Positions 52,708 to 62,400 of a DNA stretch of 64,000 bases are shown piece after piece. The first letter of the stretch is position 1. Each line of letters starts with the position of its first letter. Under the pieces are notes generated by a model. The model did no database searches. It worked only from the letters and a program-made list of their open reading frames with translations, and had not been told where the DNA came from. The stretch is from Eutreptiella sp. 'Long Island Sound 2002' (Eukaryota > Protista > Euglenida), in NCBI GenBank assembly GCA_964036045.1, contig OZ038378.1, forward strand, positions 190,464,001 to 190,528,000. The letters are read 5' to 3'. A program made the translations under genes and the position numbers.

Positions 52708-54562
52708 TTGTGGTGGGAAGGCGAAAATGCTGTGGATTGGTATCTTTTACCCTCCTGTCTGGTGATGGGGACCTGGATCTAGAACGAGAGTAATGTTTCT
52801 TTCCGTTTTTCTTTCGTTTTGGAGATCGTGATTTCGATCTGGATCGGCTCCGCTTCTTCTTGTGTGAGTTCTCCTTCTTTTTTGTACTGCTCTCTCTCCG
52901 ATTTTTGTGGTCATCGGATTGATCCGATTCACTTGAATCATCATTCCCTTTTTTTTGTTTCTTTTTTCCAGATGAATGGCTGGCTTCTGGCGTAAAATAT
53001 GAGGCTTGATGAAATCCCCTGGGAACCCATGGGGACCAGGGTTGTTTGGTGGCTTTTTTCCAATTGATTCGCCACCCTGAAACGACTGTCATACCTGGTG
53101 TATTGGCTTGATCTTTTCCGTCCTCTGAGACTCCTAACATACAGAAAGACCGTGTGCCTTTCACTGAGTCATCTGTGATGGAGCACAGGTTTTTTCCGAA
53201 TACTGGTCTTAATGCAGTGCCCAAAATCCGGGCAGATATATCATGCTCTGGGGGGTCCATCACTGCATTCCATGCCACAAGGATACATATAGGAAATTTT
53301 GCAGGGTCTGATGACCTGGATTGAGATGTCTGTGCTGCTTGCTGATTTCTGTGTTCTGCCTGCTTGACAATGGTATGACCCGTCGAGATCGGGTCTTGGG
53401 GGGTTTCCTGCTCTGCCTGTGTGAAGAAATCTTTGATAACATGATCCAATTTGGGATGTGTAGTATGCATGTTGAGAGTGTTCCATTGCTCATGTAGATC
53501 CGTAGGTGAGAGGTTACGAATCTCTGGCATGTTCAGGCTGACCGTCATGTGGAGCTTTTTGGCAAAGCCACTGATTTTCTCTGTAGGCTGGTGATTGATC
53601 CATTTCAATAGTTTGTGCATAGGCGGTGAACCTGGAATCTGTGTTTTTACTGTAGGAACTGGTGTTTTATCTTGAGCTGACTGAGGTGTGTTGTGTGTGG
53701 GTGACTCTCCTACTGGATCAGTATCATTCAAATACGTCAGTAAGTTTACTGTAGTGGGCCTGTGCTCTGGTATGAGTGCTGTGATAATGGGAAGCAAGTC
53801 CTGCCTGATACCTGTGACTGCTAAAAAAGTTGAGACAAGAGGAACAGAAGCCATATATTTGGCATGGAGTGGGGGGAGACACGTGAAATTTTCGGGAGAA
53901 GACTCTTTCAAGAGGTCCACCAGACTTGGGGACGGTGGGCCTTCCCACTCACTTGCTTTCTGTCTGATTCTGACCAACATGGCGAATGCATTTGCGAAGT
54001 TCTCTGTGAGCTGTGGAAGCGTTAGTTCAGCTGTTTCGGATCTGTCTCTCATTTCTTGAAGCTCTGCTTGTAGAATCTTGATAGTGCCGTGCAATTCTTC
54101 GATCTGTTTGCTTTGCAATTTTATCGTGTTCTCTGCTTGCCGATGTTGCGTCTTGATATGATCCAGGTCCGCCTTGGTTGTTTCCAATCTTTGAGCATTC
54201 ATACGCTGTGTGAAATGCTCCGGAATGAGAGGTTCTTCCTCTTTCTGCGAAAAACCATCATCCAATGCCTGCAATAGGTCTGCACTCGTTCTGCTTGTTT
54301 TCTTCATGTCCAGCAAATTGGGGCTGTTTAGCAAGTCGATATAGTTGTGCTTTGGCTTGAGCAATGCTGCAGTAGGAGCAGTAATCCATGAAGGTTTTTC
54401 CCCAGGCCAGGCTTCTTCAAAAACCGCTTCTGTTGCCACTTCCAAGATGGATTGGCGAATGATATCTTGAGCTTTGTTCTGGTTCATCGCTTGTACGATT
54501 CCCTTGTTTCTGAGTGCATTTTGCTTGTGCGGAGGAGCCAATTTATCACTTGCCCATGCCAA
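52586..54562 (-). CDS. LINE ORF1-like protein, 658 aa (coiled coil, RRM-like region, K/RS-rich tail); frame is open upstream to 54739 and the track start is TTG
   Basis: Long ORF directly upstream of and overlapping ORF2; heptad-like segment ~53960-54210; RSRSRSKSRSP and SRSRSRSPSPDRR repeats ~52755-52870. Confidence 0.8.
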   Translation of the reverse strand: MAWASDKLAPPHKQNALRNKGIVQAMNQNKAQDIIRQSILEVATEAVFEEAWPGEKPSWITAPTAALLKPKHNYIDLLNSPNLLDMKKTSRTSADLLQALDDGFSQKEEEPLIPEHFTQRMNAQRLETTKADLDHIKTQHRQAENTIKLQSKQIEELHGTIKILQAELQEMRDRSETAELTLPQLTENFANAFAMLVRIRQKASEWEGPPSPSLVDLLKESSPENFTCLPPLHAKYMASVPLVSTFLAVTGIRQDLLPIITALIPEHRPTTVNLLTYLNDTDPVGESPTHNTPQSAQDKTPVPTVKTQIPGSPPMHKLLKWINHQPTEKISGFAKKLHMTVSLNMPEIRNLSPTDLHEQWNTLNMHTTHPKLDHVIKDFFTQAEQETPQDPISTGHTIVKQAEHRNQQAAQTSQSRSSDPAKFPICILVAWNAVMDPPEHDISARILGTALRPVFGKNLCSITDDSVKGTRSFCMLGVSEDGKDQANTPGMTVVSGWRINWKKATKQPWSPWVPRGFHQASYFTPEASHSSGKKKQKKGNDDSSESDQSDDHKNRRESSTKKKENSHKKKRSRSRSKSRSPKRKKNGKKHYSRSRSRSPSPDRRVKDTNPQHFRLPTTSGWQPHQHAQHHWAPQQAPVHNHAWPSTPEQQGWPNPWQP

Positions 54563-55334
54563 CAGATGATGATAAATTTGCAGATAATCCGATCGTGTGA
54601 CAGTGGCAGTGCCTAGTGCCTGTGAATGGTACAGTGTCTGGTAATCGGAACAGTTGTTCCTGAATACACTGTAGCCCAGACTTTTGTAATTCTCCCCATA
54701 TTGTCTTGAGATATACAGGAAGAGACTGTTCCATTGGTGTCAGCACAATGTTCTTGAAGAGTGTAGTATTCACCTTCTTGTATTCTTGTCCCTTAATCTG
54801 CAGGAGCTTGCCAAATGTATCCTTGATCTCACTGTTCTCGATCTTTCGATACGTTTGATCCCACATCTTGACAATATTTTTAATTGATGGTAGCTGCACT
54901 TGTATGTGTGCCAAAAGAGCCGGAGAGCGGGCTAGAGCGATTGGTATGTGTTCCACTTGCTGCTTCTTCTTTTCTTGCATGACTTCAGCTGTCACAGTGA
55001 GCAGGTATCCTTGTGGGGCCAATAGTACATTTATGCTGGAGACATAACTGATCTTGCCGACTATGGTAGTCCATCTGAGAGCATCACAGAGAGCTTGTAC
55101 TTGTATTCCAGGCGCGAATGCAGCTGGTAAAGCACTTTCAGCTTCCTTGTACACATGAGCAGGAGTGAGATCAATGTACTCTGTGAGAAGTCTCTGTAAC
55201 TCTGGGTCTGATGAGTCTGCAAGCAGCTGCAACAAAGAAGCTTGATAGGGGACATGTTCCATGTCTGTACACGGGACATGTAGGAAGTGATGTACTGAGG
55301 GAAATTTGTTCACCGATGAACCTGATTGACACAT
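54546..55334 (-). CDS. LINE ORF0, 262 aa, unknown function; possibly the N-terminal part of ORF1 joined by a frameshift
   Basis: Same strand and composition as ORF1/ORF2; overlaps the open ORF1 frame by 194 nt. Confidence 0.6.
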   Translation of the reverse strand: MCQSGSSVNKFPSVHHFLHVPCTDMEHVPYQASLLQLLADSSDPELQRLLTEYIDLTPAHVYKEAESALPAAFAPGIQVQALCDALRWTTIVGKISYVSSINVLLAPQGYLLTVTAEVMQEKKKQQVEHIPIALARSPALLAHIQVQLPSIKNIVKMWDQTYRKIENSEIKDTFGKLLQIKGQEYKKVNTTLFKNIVLTPMEQSLPVYLKTIWGELQKSGLQCIQEQLFRLPDTVPFTGTRHCHCHTIGLSANLSSSVGMGK

Positions 55335-55635
55335 GACAATATATGTGTATCATATATTGTATAGCTTGTTGAAGAGTAAGGAAAGGGAAGCACTGGCCGC
55401 ATGGGGTATGTTCTGATGAACACAGAGCCACTCTGGCTATTCTATGATAGTGAAACTGACCGCACGGGTTGCACTGTGTGCCTTTCCGCTCTGGTCTGTG
55501 ATCCTAATAACTAATGATTGTGCATGCCAGGTTTCAGGAAACACAGCAACATTAGTTAAAAATACCCTATTTTTTCCTGTAGCCTGATTGTGTCGTTTAT
55601 CCCCGGGAGGCCTGGTACATGTCTCACGTGGAGTA

Positions 55636-55705
55636 CTACAAAGGGACTCGAACTGGCGTCGCTGGTGGTTAAAGACGACGAATATAACCACTCTACTATT
55701 GGACG
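55636..55705 (-). pseudogene. Degenerate tRNA-Glu-like sequence / Pol III A+B box head
   Basis: A box TAGTAGAGTGG (55698-55688), B-box-like GTTCGAGTCC (55653-55644); colinear by eye with eukaryotic tRNA-Glu; acceptor stem does not pair. Confidence 0.5.
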
Positions 55706-55793
55706 AGTGCAGTGCTACTAGCTGTCTGACTTCTGATCTGGCTCTAAGTCTGGTATCTCCAATCGTCTACATTATTACTCACTGCACTGTCGG

Positions 55794-55866
55794 TTGCCAC
55801 GTGCTTCAGCGGGAAAACGCTGGAGCTCCACTCGCGGGATCCTGATTTCGATTCCCGGCCACCACG
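55794..55866 (+). pseudogene. Degenerate tRNA-Gly-like sequence
   Basis: GTGCTTCAGCGG D-arm-like segment, gcTCCac loop, TTCGATTCCCGGCCA 3' end typical of tRNA-Gly; stems imperfect. Confidence 0.5.
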
Positions 55867-56134
55867 AGCAGTTTCCGCCGTTCGTGGTGGCTCACGGACG
55901 GGTGGTGTGGCAACCTCCCTCCACCTGTGGGCGGTGGCGGGGCGCACTGCTGCAGGCAGTGGGCAGGCATTTTTTTCTCCTGATCATGACCAAAAAAGGG
56001 GGTTTGTCAAAAGAGAAGCTAAAAGAGAAGCTAAAAGAGAAGCAACATCCCAAAGTGGCTCCGGTCACTCATGTCTGTACCAAAACGGGAGACGTCGCGG
56101 CCTTCTGTCAGTTGTGGGCGGTGGCTGGGCGCAC

Positions 56135-56207
56135 TGCAGTCAGTGGGAGTCGAACCGACGATCTTTCTGTTGACGAGTCTATGTTGTACCACTAGGCCGC
56201 TCCGTCT
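56135..56207 (-). pseudogene. Degenerate tRNA-Asp-like sequence / SINE head
   Basis: GGCCTAGTGGT A-box-like, GTC-centred loop, B box GGTTCGACTCC (56156-56146); T-stem 4/5 paired. Confidence 0.5.
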
Positions 56208-58242
56208 CCATGCCGTAGTCACGCATACCGGTTGCACTCGGATCTTGCAGAAAAAGAAAACTAAGCTATCAAGTCGCATCCAGGGCTCAGTGCCGCAGAG
56301 CATCCACAGGCACCGGCGCCAGCTTTACTTTGGGGGTAGTGTACACTCCCCAGGGATCATGCACACGGGCTTGGCGGTTCCACTGTACACAATATTATCA
56401 ATATCTCTAAGGGGTCTTGTGTGTTTAGAATCTGCTGGTCCCCCCTTATTGACATTGGTAATAGTGGACCCGTGCTCCCTGCTTCGTACTGCCATCTGTT
56501 GAGTGTCTAGTCGCTCCCCTTTTCCGGTCTGTTGGCGCAGTTCTGAGCACTGTCGGGCCCTCACACCACGTCAAGGTCACCGGCCCTAGGGTCTGAGTAG
56601 GGCGTGAGGGTAAGCAGGGGGGGGGTTGGGTTGGGTTGGGTTGGGTCAAGGCCTCGCCTGGTCGCCTACCCACGGTCCGCGCCGCCTTCCCTGCGGGACC
56701 CGACTGGGCGGCCGTACCCGGGTGTCCGGTCACAAGGCCTACCGGACTGTTGACCGCCCCCAGACCCCGCGGTGGCGCTCGCGGGCGGGAGATGCCGCCG
56801 TGCCTGTGTGTATGTGCCCTTGTGTGTCTGAGGGGGGGGGGGGGGGCTGTGGCACACCTGCTTGCTCCATTGTTGTTCGGCGTTGGCGCACATGCCGCGG
56901 GGAAGTGTGTGCCTGGTGCTCCAGGCCCCGGCAGGGAGGCTGGAGAGCCTGACGCTGAGCCCGCCGGGGGAGATGTGGGCCTGGGCTCGCAACCTCCACG
57001 TCACAAGGACATGCTACCCAACCACTCCACGACTGCCTATTGGCACGGGAAGGCGGTGGTACGTGGCACGACTGGGGTCAGACCCGCACTCCTTGACTGC
57101 CTTAGGCACAGGTGGTGCTGCCTCGCGGGCTGGGTCCGGCTCCCACGGCCGAGGGCGTACCCTGGGCAGATGGAGGGGCACCAAGGCGCAGAGTGTGCTT
57201 CCCTGCCCTGGGTGCCACCAGTGCTGGCTGCACTGGCTGCGGCGCTACAGCCCGCGTAGACGAGGGGGCCCAGAGGGCACCACACCCGAATGGCCTCTCC
57301 GTTGAGGAAGGGGGGGGGGGGGCAGGGGTCGGCTGGTGGCTGTCTGGCCTCCAGGGGTCACCCACAACTGCACTGGAGTGCACGGGGCTGTGCTGGCCTA
57401 GGCGTCTGTGATGAAGTTGGTGGGGCACGTGCACACCTGGAGGTTCCCTAGGCAGGCCGCTCAAGGGATACCCACAGCGGTCAAGCTGTGAGCCCTTCAC
57501 AGCCTCCACTTTTTAGGCCCTGAGGGCGCCGACTCCGTGCACCCCTCCCGTCGGGGGCGCAGGCTGGGGGGGGGGGGGTAGGGTGGTGGATGGGTCTACC
57601 TGTTCACTTGCGTGGGAGAGGAGGACCACCTGCTGGGTTACCATGCGGGTCCCAGATCCCAACATACTTGTCGCTCGGCGTCCGCTCCCTGAGGGACCTG
57701 GATCACCATGTGACGGCCTGCAGTGAGGGTGTGAGGGCATGCGGGGGGGGGGGGGTGCTGGGCCTGCTTTCGGTCCGGCCCCATTTCTGTTGGGGGGGGT
57801 GGGGGCAGCAAAAGGTCTGCTCCCCTGTTTCCTGGTCCCCACGAGGAACCAGCCCACGGCCTGCACCCTCGCTTTGTGGTGGCTGAAATTTGGGCCGACA
57901 GAGAGCAGGGGGGGGGGGGGGGCGAGATGAAGAAGACAAGATCACAGGCAGGCAGATCTGGTGGCCAGCATGTAGACAGACAGGCAGAGGCTGGCAGACA
58001 GGCTGGGGGGCTGGCTGTCAGATGTGTCTCAACCCCCCCCCCCCCCCCCGAAAAGACTGACCCGCCGCTTCAGGCAGGTCGAACTGCCCCCATAGAGCCC
58101 CTCTAGTTTTCTTTTTTTGGGGGGGGGGCTCTGGCCTATTTCGAGGTGTGTGCCCCCAAAAGCGCGTGCGGTTCAGCCACCCATAATCCTGCCACCAGCC
58201 GTCGGGACAAACCGGGCTCCAGTTGCACTCGCCGATGTTCAG

Positions 58243-58512
58243 GTGGAAGCAGGCGACGTGGTGCTGGTGGGCAGTGACGGGCTGTTCGATAACCTGTTCA
58301 TCAGCGATATCGCGCAGGTGGTGGCCGCTCAGCCCAGCGCCAGTAGCCAGGAGCTTGCCACCCAACTCAAGGACATTGCAATGAACGTCGCGAAGGACAA
58401 GAGAGCGGAGTCCCCCTTTGCCCAGAGGGCCAAGGCGGCCGGCTATTTCTACGAGGGCGGAAAGCCCGACGACGTCTCTGTTGTCGTGGCCAGGGTGATG
58501 CAGCGTGTGTGA
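58243..58512 (+). CDS. PP2C (PTC7/PBCP-like) last exon (VEAGDVVLVGSDGLFDNL...GGKPDDVSVVVARVMQRV*)
   Basis: GTTCAG acceptor, phase 0; GD.....SDGLFDN, SPF and GGK.DD(I/V) motifs. Four exons sum to 1314 nt = 438 codons. Confidence 0.95.
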   Translation: MEAGDVVLVGSDGLFDNLFISDIAQVVAAQPSASSQELATQLKDIAMNVAKDKRAESPFAQRAKAAGYFYEGGKPDDVSVVVARVMQRV

Positions 58513-59282
58513 TGTGACTGCGAGTAGCGACGGGGGCAGAGGTCAGCTGCAACGGCGTTGTTGCCGCCGCCACTGTTCTCCAACCGCTTTCCCAACCCGT
58601 GGCCAACCGTTTGCCGCAATACCCTGTGCCCCCCCCCCCCCCTCCTTCAGGAGAGCAGGCCTGCCTGTGCCGTGATAGCGAGCGAGTGTCAGAGGGCCGT
58701 GTCTGGGCCCCGGGACACCGCATGACGGACCGTTTGTTGTGTGTGGGCCCATTTCTCCTTCAAGGGGCTCCCCACGTTGATTGTCCCCTCAAAAGGGTCC
58801 TCCACCACCGACAGTATGCCATCCCCCGGGCACCCTCAATCAACAGGAGTGCACCACACCCACATCACCCACCTATAAAGCGATGAAAAGAACAGCAATG
58901 CAATGCCTCCGGGCTGTTTGTCCTAGAGCTTCTTCCCCCTGCCCGCGCTAGAGTAGCCCAGTGTCTGGCATTGCCCGCTGGTAGAAGCTCCTTTCGGCCC
59001 GCCAATGTCCCGCCCCCCAACTCGATTTTGTTATGCGCAACAAATCAGCTCCGATCTGGAGGGGTCGTGCGTGTGTGGGTGGTGCGTGCATGACGGAAGC
59101 ATGCGGTAAATGTGTGCGTCCAGCCCTGACGCAGGCGAGTGGATATTTGCAGGCGGGCGTGCCTCACCGTGCGTTCGCCTGCAGCTGCCGTGTTGGTGGC
59201 ATTCATGTGCTGTGCTCCGGACATGATGGTTCTTCTGCACAAACACACAAACACACAGCCACCCAGCCCCCCCCCCCCCCCC

Positions 59283-59284
<2 letters not shown>

Positions 59285-59371
<87 letters not shown>

Positions 59372-59373
59372 GC

Positions 59374-59411
<38 letters not shown>

Positions 59412-59428
59412 ACACACACACACACACC
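59285..59428. repeat. (CA)n/(CG)n microsatellite
   Basis: Direct reading. Confidence 0.95.
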
Positions 59429-62400
59429 CTGGCACTCCGTCAGGTTTTGTCGCTTTGTGGCAGCACCGGTGACACCATGGGCTAAGCTTTGAAAGTGCGG
59501 CCATTGTACATACCAGGGCTCCCAAAGAGACTTGCGGCATTCCTGATTGGTATAATTGGCATGTCTCATTCATACGCTGGTCTGCACACACACATCTGCC
59601 CGGAAGATGCCTTCGAGCTGGCCAAGCTGAACCAGCATGGTCACAGAGACACAGAGACGTACTCATCCATCCTTATCAAACACATGCACACACAGAGAAA
59701 TACACACAACCTTGAATCGCCCTGCCGACTCCCCTCCGCGTCGTCAGAACACACAGATCCGAACCGAGCCATGTCTTTAACACAATGTCCCAGCTCACAG
59801 GCACAGATGCATGCATGCCACCACACCATAGAGATCATGGGCGGCTTCACATTCAATGGAGCACACCCTCACAATTTTTTTAAAAAAAAGTTTCACACAT
59901 CTGCACACAAACGCCTGCCCGCCTTTCGCACGACCCGTGAGGTGGGGGGCCGGTGGTGAGGGGGGTCCACAGAGCACAGCACAGCACAGAGCGCTGATTT
60001 GTTAGTCGTCAGCGGTCCAATGGGAGTGGTGCCCCTGATACTCTACCTCATTCATTATACTCAGGACAGCTCAAGTTTCGAGGCTTCGAGGCCCCGAGGG
60101 CAGCCTGACCGGGTTCTAGCATTGCGGCCAAGCGCCGGCAGTTGATGGTCCATCGACGTCGGTTGGCGGTTCGCCAACTACATTTGGTGGCGAGGCAATG
60201 GCCGTGGCCGTTCCGCCGGGGTTTTGTTGCGGTCTATGTGTCGAGGATTGTTGCTCGAAAGCACGACAGCCGTGCCCTTTGCGTGTCACCGGAGTGCCAA
60301 TCCGCGCCTTTGCATCCGGCGTCTGGATGCGGGCCCGATATTCCTCCCCTGCACCAGGGTTGGGTGGCCAGCTGCTTGGCCGCCCCCCTCTGCGCCCGCG
60401 AATCTATGTTGTTTCCCACCACGCTGCCTTTGCAAGGCATCCACCCCCCCCCCCCCTGCCCATGAAAACCCAACTGCGACTATGAACTTGCCCTCTTGGC
60501 CTTGGCACTTTCACATTGGCCCATTTGATCAGAAAAAAAAAAGAAAACCCAACCGCTCCCCATCGCCGAGCGGCACACTGCTCTTGTGAATATCATCCGC
60601 CGATCTGCATGACGTTGATCGTTGTCCACTGATTTTGTCAGAGGCGTATTGCGGCAGAGAGGGATCGGAGCAAAGCAGCCCCTAACTGCTCGGATCGGGG
60701 CGATTCCACAGCACAATGCCCACAGGTTTTGGCTGGAAACGCGTCCGTTCAGGTTGACGGAACCATCCAAGTCCCCAAGACGGAGCGGGAAAAGCACAGG
60801 ACAAAGATGTGCCTCTCCAATTCTGGAACACCTTCGGAAAGAATAAAGCCATCGCCAGTTTTGTTGGCTTCCGCCGTTCTTTTGTACGTCTGGGGCCCCT
60901 GCCACGTATCAAGACATTTGCCTGCGTGGCTTCCTCCGGAGGCTTCAATCCGAGGTCTTGGTGGCTTTAAAGGTTGGTTGCAGCCGGTGGCCGTTCTCGG
61001 TCCAATGCCGCCGCCAAAGCCCCACACCAACACTCCGACACCCTGCAACGCACCCAGCAGCCTGCACATGTCGCAGGCCGTTTCCCAACGTGAAGAAGGT
61101 GGCCCCCAAACCCGTTGTCCAAAGCCCAGGGTTGTGCGTGGGGTGTCTGCTGCAGCAGCACACCGACCATGCCGACCTCCACCAAAGACTCCTGAACCCC
61201 CCATGCACACCCTTGGGTTTCGGGCCAGGCAGCAGAAACAGAGTGAGTCTGCCATAGCAAACGGACCACCCTGACCATCACGGGCTCTCCACTCCGCTAC
61301 CCGCATCCAAGAACTTCTGGCAAGCCAGAGGTGGGGTTGGAGGGAGGGAGGGAGGGAGGGAGGCCACCACCAGAACACCACTATCCCGCGCAGTACCATA
61401 CCCTTTGACAATCCACGCTTTGCTTTCAGGAACTGTGCTGATCATATTCGATCCCATGCTCATTTTCGGGCAGGGGCTTTTGAATCCGCCACAAGGGCAC
61501 CTGCTTGACGATGCCCTCGCCGAACACCCAGAAGCTTTGCTGAAAACACCAGAACTACTTCCAACCAACCACTTTCAGCTTGCCCATGAACCTGCCCGCC
61601 CCAAAAAGTCACAGTTGTACAGCGTTTCCGCTTGTGTCCGCTCATGCACTTATGATTGCTCCACGGCCACTATGCCCTGCAACGCGGTGATGCCACGAGT
61701 TGTGCTGTGCGATGCCTGTGCAGCGGTGCGTGGCCATCGCTTTGGTACCCAGTGCACAACTTGTGACGCATGCCGTGGACACAGGCCTCGCTCCTAATAT
61801 ACTGAAGTGCACGCGCTCACCCCTTTGTTGATACATGTCACCACCAGTGCCCAGCACGTCGGGTTGGGGGTGCTGGGCGCTGAGGTGTCACCTCTTCCCC
61901 CTCTGGACCCCCAAATCTACGTCAACGGGGATATGGGGAGACTGGGCGACGAAGCCCAGGGCTGTCAGGCTTGGCCTAGGCCACTCTTTGGCGCTGCAAA
62001 GCAATCACCATGAGTCTGGCCAGCACCGTTTGCATACGCACACCGCGCGGCATGGGCGCCTCTTGGCACGAGAGGGGGCAAGGGTGAACGGGGACCGCGG
62101 GTCTGAAGCAGCACCCGAACGCCTGCAGGGCACGGCAGCGACATCCATGCAGCGCCTGGGGCCTGAAAGCAGCGCCCTCGCACGCACGCGCGCACACACG
62201 CACCCCGCATTGCCGATGCACCGGACGTGTGGCTGCCACAACACCCATGGCAGTGTGCCGGGCACCGGCCCGGCAATCCCGAAAGGCCCCGCACGGAAGG
62301 CGGGGGGTTGTTTGCAGGCTGCACATTCGTAGCGTTGTGGGCGCCGGGTGAACTCCAGGATCGCCCCGCCTCGAGCCATGGCACTGGCTGCCCTTGGCAA

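Larger units (their letters stand above)
46894..55430 (-). mobile_element. Apparently full-length three-ORF non-LTR retrotransposon (APE-RT-RNase H), antisense in PP2C intron 3; 5' boundary approximate
   Basis: Three consecutive overlapping minus-strand ORFs, a ~410 nt structured 3' UTR and a (TCC)10 tail at 46894-46923; visibly more AT-rich than the host exons. Confidence 0.9.

Noticed and set aside
55636-56207. Functional tRNA genes
   Set aside because: Acceptor and anticodon stems do not pair properly; kept as pseudo-tRNA/SINE heads.
56600-56625. AAGCAGGG as the LINE target-site duplication (matching 46888-46895)
   Set aside because: Only 8 bp in low-complexity sequence and ~1.2 kb upstream of ORF0; it cannot fix the 5' end.
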